Source: a bacterium (lineage in GTDB: Bacteria; UBA8248; JACPRG01; G963555815). From it: a DNA stretch of 64,000 nt. The DNA is taken from positions 2,464,001 to 2,528,000 of the forward strand of contig OZ244653.1 in the NCBI GenBank assembly GCA_965218795.1, read 5' to 3'. The notes below the pieces were generated by a model that worked only from the letters and a program-made list of their open reading frames with translations, was not told the origin of the DNA and searched no databases. Below are positions 39,538-49,237 of the stretch, piece after piece (the stretch's first letter is position 1; every line of letters begins with the position of its first letter). Position numbers and translations under genes: made by a program.

Positions 39538-39965
39538 CCACCCTTCCGGACATTCTGTTCCATTCCGGACTCCCCGTTTTCAGCCCTCCGACTCGTTGCA
39601 AATCGCCCCTCTTTTCGATTACGAAAAGAAACAGGATGTCGCGTACTCCTCAAATTTTCCAAAGACCTTCAAGAACCCGTAAATCCCGCAAATTCACAGA
39701 CCGATAAAGCCCCCGACGGCAACTCGACACCACAGTGCAAGGCGAGCATGACGATGCCGGAAATCAGCGGAACGACTTCACCCTGGGGTCCCCCCCAAGG
39801 CGGGGGCCGACGTCGATTACGGCTCCGAATCCTCCGAGCCTTCCCACTCGAAGGAGCCGAATCCGTTGGATTCGGTCGAGCCGGAGGTTCCGCAGGCGGA
39901 GCCCCGCAAGGGGAACAAAGTCAACTTCCCGGCCTGAGGCGGGCACAAGGAAGGAGGGGACGCCT

Positions 39966-41045
39966 TCATCGAAAGGGCCCCTCCTTCTTCGATAGCCGTT
40001 CGAGGGCCTCGAACGGATCTCTCTCCGCCTCCGCCGCGCGCTTGAGCAGGTCGACCATCCTCGGGAGGTCACGGCCGATGTCCTCGAAGATCCTTCGCAT
40101 CCGATCCCGGTCTTCAAAGTAGAGGCGAAACGAGAGGATATAGGCGTTGTTCAGTTCCACCGGAAGGCCGGTCAACTTCCGATCGAACTGAAGACGTTCT
40201 TTCAAGACGGGATGGCTCGATATATACCGCTGAAGGATTTCCCCCCGGAGCTTCAACTTCTCCGGTTCGGCGGTCTGCTCCCGGTATGCTGTAGCGAGGT
40301 CGGCGTAAAGCCGGTCCAGAATATCGAGAAATTCTTCCCCCTTCCTCAGTCTGAGCCGATACAGCCTCAGCTCCTTCGAGTTCGCTCCGAACCACTCTTG
40401 GAGAAATCGCTCCGTCCCTTTGCACTCCACCAAGACGGCCGCCTGTTCGTTGAACGAGGCAAACCCCTTGCGGAAGAAGGTCGCATGGACGGATTCATGG
40501 ACGAGGACCCCGACGAAGGCTCCGAGGTCTCTCCCCAGCATCCCCGGCACCACGGGGTCATCAAACCACCCCAGCGTGCTGTATGCACGGACCAGCCGGA
40601 CATTCGTATCCAGATCTTCCCCGTGAAGCCTGGATTCCTCGCCAACCGCGCGCTCTTTCGAAAAGAACCCTTTATAGGGAAGGCTTCCCACAATGGGCCA
40701 CCACCATTCATGACGGCGGAAACGCGTTCGCTCAGCGGCCGTGACGACATAAACCCTGAGATCCACCGGCGCATACTGGGTGTACGCCCCGCCCGGGCTC
40801 AGGCCGATCCGCCGGGAGAAGTCACGAACCTTGGAAATCCATTGGAGACGGTGGCGGACTTGCGGCTTCAGATCGGCCTGCGGGTCTTTCAGATATGCTT
40901 CGATCGGCCTCCGTTGCGAGAGGAGCCTTGCCTGATTGTACCCGAGCCGGAACAGATAGGGGAACGTGTCCAGCGCGCAACCGGACATGAGAATGACGCC
41001 TGAAGACCACACCACCCATCGAAAATATCGTTCGAAGCGTTTCAT
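39966..41045 (-). CDS. Predicted zinc aminopeptidase lipoprotein
   Basis: Lipobox-like MSGC, WPIVGSLPYKGFF, AYSTLGWFDDP, HESVH, FNE. Confidence 0.85.
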   Translation of the reverse strand: MKRFERYFRWVVWSSGVILMSGCALDTFPYLFRLGYNQARLLSQRRPIEAYLKDPQADLKPQVRHRLQWISKVRDFSRRIGLSPGGAYTQYAPVDLRVYVVTAAERTRFRRHEWWWPIVGSLPYKGFFSKERAVGEESRLHGEDLDTNVRLVRAYSTLGWFDDPVVPGMLGRDLGAFVGVLVHESVHATFFRKGFASFNEQAAVLVECKGTERFLQEWFGANSKELRLYRLRLRKGEEFLDILDRLYADLATAYREQTAEPEKLKLRGEILQRYISSHPVLKERLQFDRKLTGLPVELNNAYILSFRLYFEDRDRMRRIFEDIGRDLPRMVDLLKRAAEAERDPFEALERLSKKEGPFR

Positions 41046-41204
41046 TCGGAACCATTTCTCAACCAGCTCGCCCGGGCCGATCAACCCTGCAAAAGCTTGA
41101 CATTGAGTGTCCGGTTCGGACACTATACTTACATCAATAGCGTGGTTCCCGGACAAGATCATGGCACACAGAAGACAGAGACTCCGCTATCAGAACTTGG
41201 TGAC

Positions 41205-41919
41205 ATGAGTTCGGCGCACCAAAGAAAATCGCCCGACGGCATTGCGACCAGCGATATTATCTGTAGTGCGAAAATCGGTCTGAATGAAGAGATATTCCCA
41301 CATATCCTCGATTTGCACGTCCCTGCCGGATCGACTGTAGCGGATGTAACTTACGGGAAAGGGATTTTCTGGAAAAAAGTACCGCCGGGAATCTATGAGC
41401 TTATTCCGTCGGATATAGAGACGGGCGTTGATTGCCGTGATCTTCCATACGACAACGATTCCATTGAGCGCCGGCCCTTGCGTTGTTCTGGACCCCCCTT
41501 ACATGGAAGGATTCTACCGTTCCAAGAGGGCGAATCTTGCAGGCAGGGGGACGTATTCAGCATTTCGAGAGACATACTCGAATGGGAAGACTCAACGTCG
41601 AGGACCGAAGTATCACGCTGCCGTACTTGACCTCTATTTCAAAGCTGGCAGTGAGGCTTTCCGCGTACTCAGACCTTACGGCGTGTTCATCGTAAAATGC
41701 CAAGATGAGGTAAGTGCCAACCTTCAGCAATTAACCCATGTTGAGTTGATCAACGAATACACTCGGAAAGGTTTCTACGCCAAGGATTTGTTCGTTCTAG
41801 TTCGTTCCAATCGCCCCGCCGTCAGTCGCATCCTGAAACAAGAACATGCGCGCAAGAATCATTCCTACTTTCTCGTCTTCATAAAGACTAATGGTAGGAG
41901 CCCTCGGTGGAGGAAATAG
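41205..41919 (+). pseudogene. Amino (N4-C/N6-A) DNA methyltransferase, frameshifted
   Basis: ADVTYGKGIFW (SAM binding) and DPPY (catalytic) lie in different frames; removing 41468-41477 restores [11 protein letters not shown]. Confidence 0.8.
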
Positions 41920-41923
41920 GCTC

Positions 41924-42509
41924 GTGGGCATCCTAGAAGACTGGGGAATTACAAACGACGATTTGAACATTCTCTTATCGGAACGGCCAAGCGTTCGAGG
42001 GGAATACAAACTTCAACGCAGTGTATTTTCGGACGCTAGAATTCATAAGCTGATTCGTTATGATGATGCATGATCGAAGTCGCTTGGCTGATTTCAGCTT
42101 TGAATATCAAGGTGAGCAAATCACCGTTGAAGTCAAATCTTTACAGACAAAATCGGTTCAAAACACTAATGGAGGATTTTCCGGCAGATGCCAAGTAGAT
42201 GCCAGCGACAGACGGCCTGTGACATTACCTGACGGGAGCATGCTTGAAACAACGTGCTTGCTTGCGGGAAGGTTCGACATCCTTGCGATAAATCTGTTCG
42301 AGTTTGGTCAAGAGTGGAAGTTTGCTTTCATAAAGAATGATGATCTTCCACACTCAAGATTCAACAAATATACCGAGTACCAGCGCAAACATCTTCTCGC
42401 TACCACCGTAAAGGTAACGTGGCCGCTAAACCCGCCTTTCCAGGGTGAGCCATTTCCTCTTTTAGACGATATTGTGAAGCAACGCCGACTAAGAAGGCAA
42501 TCATCATGA
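41924..42509 (+). pseudogene. Type II restriction endonuclease-like gene, frameshifted
   Basis: ADF...VEVKS (PD-ExK), QVDASDRR; +1 frameshift at YDD/HDR near 42067; directly follows the MTase. Confidence 0.7.
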
Positions 42510-42545
42510 GTGATAGTGATAAGGACGCAAACGAAAAAAGCGCCG

Positions 42546-42656
42546 ATGCCGGAGCCAATTCCCGACACGCCCGAGAACGTGGCGAAGGCGATCCTGAATT
42601 CGCCGCCCAAGAAACGGGAAGACTGGGACGACTTGAAGCAATCGCCTCGCCAATAA
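42546..42656 (+). CDS. Small protein of a type recalled next to IS1595 elements
   Basis: MPEPIPDTPENVAKAILNSPPKKREDW; may start at GTG 42510; family association is recalled, not searched. Confidence 0.5.
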   Translation: MPEPIPDTPENVAKAILNSPPKKREDWDDLKQSPRQ

Positions 42657-42764
42657 CGTGCGCGATCACGCCTCTCGTCCGCGACACCCTGCATAGGCGG
42701 CGGCTTGGGCGCTATTGCATATAATTCCCATTCAACACCAGGAGAAAACTGAAAGGAAAATCGA

Positions 42765-43634
42765 TCAAGTCAGCCGCTGGCGGAGGTAAAAGGAGAGATA
42801 ATCCACGGCCGTGACCAGGATGAAGATAACGGAAATCAGCACCAAAAGCTGGTTTTGAAGGAAAAGGTGGATGGCGATGTGAAGCTTCAGCCCGATTCCG
42901 CCGGCCCCGATGATTCCCAGGATCGTCGCCGTTCGAATGTTGACCTCCCACCGATACAGCGTGTAAGCGAGTAATTGGGGGAAAGCCTGCGGAAGAACCC
43001 CATACAAAAAGATGGCCATCCGGCTTGCCCCGGTCGTCTGAAGGGATTCGACGGGTTGCGGATCGACGTTTTCCAACACTTCGGCGTAGAGCTTCCCGAG
43101 GACTCCTCCATTGTGCAGCCCGAGCGCCAACACGCCCGCGAATGGGCCCAAGCCGACGGCGAAGATAAAGATAATGGCCAGAACGACTTCCGGAATGGAC
43201 CGGAAGACGACCATGGTCATCCGAGCGGCCCAATACCCGCCGTAACGGAGCCATCCGGTCCAGGCAGCCCCTCTCTCCCGCTCGAAGAGCACCCCCCGAT
43301 ACATCAGATTTTCGGAGGAAAATCCCATCAGGACGAAGGCGATGACGACGGACAGAAGCGTTCCCATGATGGAAATGGCCAGCGTCTGAACCGCCGCCCA
43401 GACGGCCTCGCGGAGAAACGTCAGGCTGGTTTCAGGCGGCCAGAGACCCGCCACGAATTTCGCCATCTGGGACCGGCCTTCCGCCCCCAGCAGCTCGGCG
43501 AAATCAGCCTCCACCCCGTTGTAGCTCCAAACCAGGATGGCTGCGAGCAGAAACCCGCCGCCCCAGCTTCGCCACGAAGAGCGGGGCCGATGTCCAACGA
43601 AAGATTGGCCGGACAACGTTGTTGGAGGACTCAC
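42765..43634 (-). CDS. phnE: Phosphate/phosphonate-type ABC permease
   Basis: FRSIPE, VGLGPFAGVLA, LYRWEVNIR, GAGGIG. Confidence 0.88.
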   Translation of the reverse strand: MSPPTTLSGQSFVGHRPRSSWRSWGGGFLLAAILVWSYNGVEADFAELLGAEGRSQMAKFVAGLWPPETSLTFLREAVWAAVQTLAISIMGTLLSVVIAFVLMGFSSENLMYRGVLFERERGAAWTGWLRYGGYWAARMTMVVFRSIPEVVLAIIFIFAVGLGPFAGVLALGLHNGGVLGKLYAEVLENVDPQPVESLQTTGASRMAIFLYGVLPQAFPQLLAYTLYRWEVNIRTATILGIIGAGGIGLKLHIAIHLFLQNQLLVLISVIFILVTAVDYLSFYLRQRLT

Positions 43635-44512
43635 AGCACCCGCCTCCGGACGTAGGCGCACAGACGGTCCACCAGCGTCACCATGATCAGCAGGATCAGG
43701 ATAAGGGTCAGGGTCTCCCGCTGGTTGAACATCCGCATCGAGATCTCGATCTGCTGGCCGATTCCTCCAGCCCCCACGAAACCCAGGATGGCGGCCGCCC
43801 GGATGGCGCATTCCCATCGATACAGCGCATAAGTCGTCAGGTTGGGAAGAGTCTCGGGCAGGAAGCCATACAGGAACGTCTTGAACCGGGAGGCGCCCGT
43901 CGCCTGAAGGGCCTCGATCGGCTGCGGGTTGACCCCTTCAAAAATCTCGGCAAAGACCTTGCCCAAAATTCCTCCGTAAGCGACGCCGATGGCCAATACC
44001 CCCGGAAATGGTCCGAGCCCGACCGCCCGAACGAAGATCAGCGCCCAGACGAATTCCGGCACCGCCCGGAAGACGTTCAAAACGGCTCTCGCCAGGAAAT
44101 AGGGAGCGGACCGAACGGCCCGCAGCGCCGGCCGGCCCTCGGTCTCCACGTCGTGGAGCACGCCGGTGAAGGAAAGATTGCTTGCGGCAAAGACCGCCAG
44201 GGGGAACCCGATGACAACGGCGAGCGCCGTCCCCAGAACGGAGATTTGAATCGTCTCAATGGCGGGGATGATGGTGAATCCGAGGAATTCCGCCGAAAGG
44301 TCGGGGGGGAACATCTCAGTGATGAACGAGATGAACTTCTCCCGCCCCTCGCCTAGAAAAAACTCCAGCGGACGAACCTCGGCGATTCGCCAACTGACGA
44401 CGACGGCTGCAAGGAAAACAAAGAACGCGATGAATTGAAATGCCGACCGAGGAGGCCTTTGGTCAATGGCCGCCGTAGACGCGGATGGGCTCACGCTCGG
44501 GAACAGCGGCAA
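43631..44512 (-). CDS. phnE: Phosphate/phosphonate-type ABC permease
   Basis: FRAVPE, GLGPFPGVLA, YRWECAIR, GAGGIG. Confidence 0.88.
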   Translation of the reverse strand: MPLFPSVSPSASTAAIDQRPPRSAFQFIAFFVFLAAVVVSWRIAEVRPLEFFLGEGREKFISFITEMFPPDLSAEFLGFTIIPAIETIQISVLGTALAVVIGFPLAVFAASNLSFTGVLHDVETEGRPALRAVRSAPYFLARAVLNVFRAVPEFVWALIFVRAVGLGPFPGVLAIGVAYGGILGKVFAEIFEGVNPQPIEALQATGASRFKTFLYGFLPETLPNLTTYALYRWECAIRAAAILGFVGAGGIGQQIEISMRMFNQRETLTLILILLIMVTLVDRLCAYVRRRVL

Positions 44513-45296
44513 GCGATTCGAAGTCGCGCCGCGCCTCTTCCATTTTCGGTGGATACAGCCGATCGAGGTCGTCCGGGCTGACGTCCTCCGGCCGCCGATC
44601 GAACAGAATTCTTCCCTGATGAATCCCGATCACTCTGGGGAAATTGGCCAAGGCGAGTTCGACGCCGTGCAGGTTCATCGCCAGGGTCCTGTTCCCTTCC
44701 TCGCTCAAGCGAACCAAGAGCTTCACGATACCTTCGGCCAGTGCAGGATCAACCGAGGAAACGGGCTCGTCGGCCAGAATGACCGCGGGATCCTGAACGA
44801 GCACCCGGGCAATGGCCACCCGCTGGCGCTCCCCCCCGGACACCTCATCCGTCCGGGAAAAGAGCTTCTCGGGTATCCCGACCCGCGCCAGGACGTCGCC
44901 CGCCGTTTTCAGCTCGGTCGGATAGATCAGCGAGCGCAGGGCGTGCGCTACGCCCCACCCGCCGAGCCGCCCGGCCAGGACATTGTGAACCACCCGGAGC
45001 CGGCCCACCAGATTGTGATGCTGGTAAACGGTGCCGATCTTCCGCCGGGTCTCCCGAAGGGCCCGCCCCCGCAATCGTCCCACGTCTCTGCCGGCGATTC
45101 GATACTCGCCGCTTGTCGGTTTCAGTGTGCAGTTCAGCACCCGGAAGAGGGTTGTCTTGCCGGCGCCGCTCGGCCCGATGAAGGCGACGCGCTCGCCCGG
45201 ACGGATCTCCAGATCCATTCCATCCAGGGCGGGCTCCCCGGTCTTGAACCGCTTCGTCACGCCTCGCAGAGAAAACATGGAAGTCTCAGGCAGCAT
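44463..45296 (-). CDS. phnC: Phosphonate-type ABC ATP-binding protein
   Basis: GPSGAGKTT, NVLAGRLG, SGGERQRVAIAR, LADEPVSS. Confidence 0.9.
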   Translation of the reverse strand: MLPETSMFSLRGVTKRFKTGEPALDGMDLEIRPGERVAFIGPSGAGKTTLFRVLNCTLKPTSGEYRIAGRDVGRLRGRALRETRRKIGTVYQHHNLVGRLRVVHNVLAGRLGGWGVAHALRSLIYPTELKTAGDVLARVGIPEKLFSRTDEVSGGERQRVAIARVLVQDPAVILADEPVSSVDPALAEGIVKLLVRLSEEGNRTLAMNLHGVELALANFPRVIGIHQGRILFDRRPEDVSPDDLDRLYPPKMEEARRDFESLAAVPEREPIRVYGGH

Positions 45297-45317
45297 CGGA
45301 TTTCTCTTTCGGGACCC

Positions 45318-45445
45318 TTTTTGGAGTGGCAACGTGCCTCTGCGATTTCGCGGCGCCCATATCGCGCCTCAACCGGGCTTTAGAAAGGAACCGAGTGTGA
45401 TCTTGCCCTGCCGCCCGGCGAAAACAGAGCAGACCGCACCTGCCC
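45318..45445 (+). repeat. ~125-bp dispersed repeat, copy 4 (diverged)
   Basis: TTTTTGGAGTGGCAACGTGCCTC...TTCGCGGCGCC...GCCCGGCGAAAACAGAGCAGACCGCACCTGCCC. Confidence 0.75.
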
Positions 45446-45473
45446 ACTCAAGTCTGGTTCCCCTGCAACCCCT

Positions 45474-46346
45474 CTAATTCTTCAGAAGCTTCGCGTCCCT
45501 GGCGGCGGTCTCGATCCCGATGAAGTCGTTCTCACGGGCCAACAGATAGCCCTTGGCCCGCTGGAGGTTCATGATCTTCCGGTGATCGGGATTGTTGTAA
45601 TCGAGATTCAGGAAGGCGCGGGCGATTTTGGTCATTAATTGCCGATCGAGATCCCCGCGGGCCGTCCAGTTATAGTTGACATATCCCGGCGTCGTCCAGA
45701 TGACCTTCACTTTGCTGGTGTCGACCTTGCCGCTCTTGACGAGTTTGTTCCAAACCGCCTCGTTGAGAGCGCCCGCCTGAACGCGGCCCGCTTCCACCCA
45801 TTTGACCGTGGCGTCGTGAGCACCGCTGAAGCTGAACTTGCTGAAATCGCGCTCGGGAATCAGCCCACTCTTGCCCAGGAAGTAACGGGGCATCAGATGG
45901 CCGGAGGTAGAGCTCACGCTCCCGAATGCGAACGTCTTGCCCTTCAGGTCTTTGAGACCGTTAACGCCTGAGTCCTTGTGCGCGATGAACTTGCTGTGAA
46001 AATTGGCGTCGGAGATCCGCATGACGAGCGGAACGGCGTTACCGGTTCGCCTGCGGGCCTGAACGTGCGTGAAGCCTCCGTACCAAGCCAGATCCACCTT
46101 TCGTGCCGCCAGGGCTTCCACAGTCGCGGCGTAATCCACAACCGGGAAGAACTTCACCTTCATGCCGATCTGATTTTCCAGGTATTGGACCAGCGGCTTG
46201 CTCTTCCGCTGGAGTTCGGTGGGCGCCTCGTCCGGAATGGCCGTGACACGCAGGACTTTCGGCGCATCCGCGAAGGCCTCCTGGGCGAACAACGCAAAAA
46301 GGCCGGCGAACAGAAGAAATTTTGTCGGGCGCAGCACTCGCTCCAT
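45474..46346 (-). CDS. PhnD-family substrate-binding protein ('putative selenate' subtype)
   Basis: AIPDEAPTEL, LAWYGGFT, SSTSGHLMPR, SGAHDAT. Confidence 0.88.
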   Translation of the reverse strand: MERVLRPTKFLLFAGLFALFAQEAFADAPKVLRVTAIPDEAPTELQRKSKPLVQYLENQIGMKVKFFPVVDYAATVEALAARKVDLAWYGGFTHVQARRRTGNAVPLVMRISDANFHSKFIAHKDSGVNGLKDLKGKTFAFGSVSSTSGHLMPRYFLGKSGLIPERDFSKFSFSGAHDATVKWVEAGRVQAGALNEAVWNKLVKSGKVDTSKVKVIWTTPGYVNYNWTARGDLDRQLMTKIARAFLNLDYNNPDHRKIMNLQRAKGYLLARENDFIGIETAARDAKLLKN

Positions 46347-46560
46347 CTTGAGATTTCCCCCCTCTCAATCAAGCATTCCAAATCAATGTGAACGGGTAAG
46401 AGAATTTCCCCTCAGCCCATCGACTGATGTGTCAACGATTCCCAGTCGCGATTCAGGAAGTCTGAACGAGACTTACATCAAATCTATCGATAGTACAAAT
46501 TTAAAATTCCTATGCTATTCAAGCCTGTCATTAGAAAAATCGATAGGGCCTGTCTCAGCT

Positions 46561-47613
46561 TCACACTTTGAAACGAAACAGGATGACGTCGCCCTCTTGG
46601 ACGGTGTATTCCTTGCCCTCCTGTCTCAGGCGGCCTTGTGTACGGGCCTCCGGCCAGGAGCCGGCACTGATCAGGTCATCATAAGAAATCGTCTCTGCCC
46701 GAATGAATCCCCGCTCGATGTCTGAATGGACGGTCCCGGCGGCCCTTAGGGCGAACGAGCCCTTCCGGATCGGCCAGGCTCGGCTTTCCGTCTCGTTCAT
46801 CGTGAGAAAGGTGATGAGGCCCAGGAGGTCATAACTCATGGGTATGATGCGGTCACGGGAGAACGATTCCACTCCCATCTCCCTGGCGAACTCACCCGCC
46901 TCATCGCCCATGGACAGGATTTCGGCTTCCAACTCTGCGCAGAAGGACGTCCAGGCGATCTTCGGCTGCTTGAACCCGCTCTCTTGCTCCGGCGGAAGAT
47001 CGAATTTCCGGCTCTCCTCTCCCGTGTTGAAGACGACGAGCAGGGGCTTGCCGCTCAGAAAGGCATACCCGCGAAGCATCTTATCCTCTTCTTCGATGAA
47101 TTCGAGCACCCGGATAGGCTTTTCGGCCTCCAGCGCCTCCCGGCACCGGATCAGGAGGTCACGCTCGGGAAGCAACTCCTTCGTCCCTTTTTGAATGTCG
47201 ACATTAAGCCGCTCCAGCCGGCCTTCGACCACCTGAAGGTCGGCCACCATCAGATCCGCGTGAACGGATTCCCACTCGGCTACCGCATCCGGAACCGGCG
47301 CCCCGGGACCCTCGGGAAAAGCGCGGATGACGAGAAGAACGGCGTCGGCGTCGCGCACCCCGGCCAGAAACTGATCGTCCATCTGCCGGCCGCCCTCGCC
47401 CAAGGCCCCCAGGTCGACGTACTCGATCGCGGCGTAGCCCTTTTTCTTGGAGGAAGCCATCTCGGCCAGCCGGTCGACGCGTCCGTCCTCGAGATGGACG
47501 ACGCGATGCGTTCCGGCCCGCCCACCGGCGTGAAGGTCCACCCCGGCGCCGGTCAAGGCATTGAACACGGTCGTCTTACCACTTCCGGGTAGACCGATCA
47601 GAGCGATCTTCAA
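46561..47613 (-). CDS. ychF: YchF-family ATPase
   Basis: GLPGSGKTT, AAGTVHSDIERGFIRAE, RQEGKEYTVQEGDV. Confidence 0.9.
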   Translation of the reverse strand: MKIALIGLPGSGKTTVFNALTGAGVDLHAGGRAGTHRVVHLEDGRVDRLAEMASSKKKGYAAIEYVDLGALGEGGRQMDDQFLAGVRDADAVLLVIRAFPEGPGAPVPDAVAEWESVHADLMVADLQVVEGRLERLNVDIQKGTKELLPERDLLIRCREALEAEKPIRVLEFIEEEDKMLRGYAFLSGKPLLVVFNTGEESRKFDLPPEQESGFKQPKIAWTSFCAELEAEILSMGDEAGEFAREMGVESFSRDRIIPMSYDLLGLITFLTMNETESRAWPIRKGSFALRAAGTVHSDIERGFIRAETISYDDLISAGSWPEARTQGRLRQEGKEYTVQEGDVILFRFKV

Positions 47614-47673
47614 TGGATTTCCTCGGATTTCCCGAATCCATGGATGATGGAGGGCATTTCGATCGGGGGCTTC

Positions 47674-47796
47674 TTTGGAAACAATACGCTTTCGCGATCT
47701 CGCGGTGCCCATGGGGCGCCGCTGCCGGGCTGTATGATGGAATCAAAAATCAATAACCCTCGCGCCCGGCGAATTTGGTGCAGGCCCCGCCTGCCC
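47674..47796 (+). repeat. ~125-bp dispersed repeat, copy 5 (most diverged)
   Basis: TTTGGAAACAATACGC...TCGCGGTGCC...ATGGAATC...AACCCTCGCGCCCGGCGAA...GCAGGCCCCGCCTGCCC. Confidence 0.7.
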
Positions 47797-47865
47797 CCAA
47801 GATGTCTAAAGATAATCTCCTCTTTTCCCTTCCACGAGCAGGAAACCCATCAAGGCTTCCCCCCT

Positions 47866-48312
47866 TCAATATCGGCCGCTGAAGTAATCATCCAAAATCT
47901 GCGGGTGGTCGAAGCAGATGGACGAAGGCAAATTGTCCCGTGTGAACACGCCCACGCCTTTGGCGTCCGAGCCGGGCGTCGGCGTGCGGGGTCCCTGTCC
48001 CCAGACGCGGGCGATGAAGACGACTGTGATGTTGTGCTGGCGGGTGTCGCGCTTGGGATCGGAATAGGCGTGGAATTGGCGGACGAGCTCGACGATCAGC
48101 CCCGTCTCTTCTCTGGCCTCTCGGACGGCGGCATTCTCGAGGGATTCACCGTAATCCACATAGCCGCCGGGAATCGCCCAGCCGCGGGGAGGGTTCTCGC
48201 GCTCGATCAGGAGGACGGCGGGTCCCGCCTCCGGGGGTCCCGTGTCTTCCACCTCAATAATGACATCCACGGTCGGAAACGGATTTATGGGATGCTCGGG
48301 GGCGTCGTTCAT
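47866..48312 (-). CDS. NUDIX hydrolase
   Basis: [24 protein letters not shown] Nudix box; SDPKRD. Confidence 0.93.
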   Translation of the reverse strand: MNDAPEHPINPFPTVDVIIEVEDTGPPEAGPAVLLIERENPPRGWAIPGGYVDYGESLENAAVREAREETGLIVELVRQFHAYSDPKRDTRQHNITVVFIARVWGQGPRTPTPGSDAKGVGVFTRDNLPSSICFDHPQILDDYFSGRY

Positions 48313-48427
48313 CGTGCTCTCCTTGAGGCGTAGACGGCATTCTTGGAAGCGACCAACCCGATGCCCCCCAAACTACTGATAGGATAGATTCACGGTGGCA
48401 TGAATGCCAATTTCAGGAGGAGATTCG

Positions 48428-49237
48428 ATGGGGTTCGGTCGATGCGGACAGATAGGGTTTCCGGCCACACTTGCGCTGCTCCTTGCCATGAGTCTCCCCG
48501 GAACGGAGGCGGCCGAATCGGAGCCAACCCCCGTTTCCCGGTTTCCGATCCACCTCATGAACGGGAAGACCGGCGAGGCCGCCCGGCGGGTCTTGAAGGA
48601 CCATACTCTTTTCCGCGAGCGAAAATCGGCCTTCCGAAGCACGTCGAAGGTGTACGACTACCTTTTCAAGCGACTGCCGTTGGCCACCGACATGCTCCGT
48701 GTCCTCGAATTCTGAGGAAAGTATCAGATCGGCCATGGACCGGACGGCTCCTATACGATCGACTCGGGGACCGGCGTGAAGGGAAAATTTTGGATCCTCC
48801 ACGACGCCGATGGGCAAAAAATTCTTTACGGCGAAGGCGGATACTCGGGTTGGCTTATTCGCAACCTGGGCGGGCGCGCGACGGTTTCCGTGGCCTACAA
48901 GCCTGTTCAGGGAAAAGACGGTCTCGTTATGAAGAACCACATCATGGTGTTCGTCAAGATCGACAACGTGGTGGTGGATTTTCTGGTCAAGGCGCTGGAT
49001 TGGGCGATTCGCATCGTGGTCCGGAGTCAGGTGAATCAAGCCTCTTCATCCACGCGGAAGCTGGCTGAGGCCATCGCGCGGGAGCCCGGGAAGGTTTACG
49101 AAAAACTGCGCAAAAGTTCGGTCATCCCCCGGCCCTCCCTCAACGAGTTTCGGGCTCTGTTCCCGGGAGAAGATACCGCCTTCAGCTTCCCGTACCGGGC
49201 GCCGCGTGCTCCACGGCCGGCAACGGCTCACTCCTAG
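48428..49237 (+). pseudogene. Secreted hypothetical protein interrupted by one in-frame TGA (48713-48715)
   Basis: Track ORFs 48404-48715 and 48776-49237 share a frame and read contiguously: LEF*GKYQIG. Confidence 0.65.

Noticed and set aside
25964-47796. Dispersed repeats as a CRISPR array or integron attC sites
   Set aside because: Copies are kilobases apart with no regular spacers, and there is no cas or integrase gene. No attC RYYYAAC/GTTRRRY core pair was seen.
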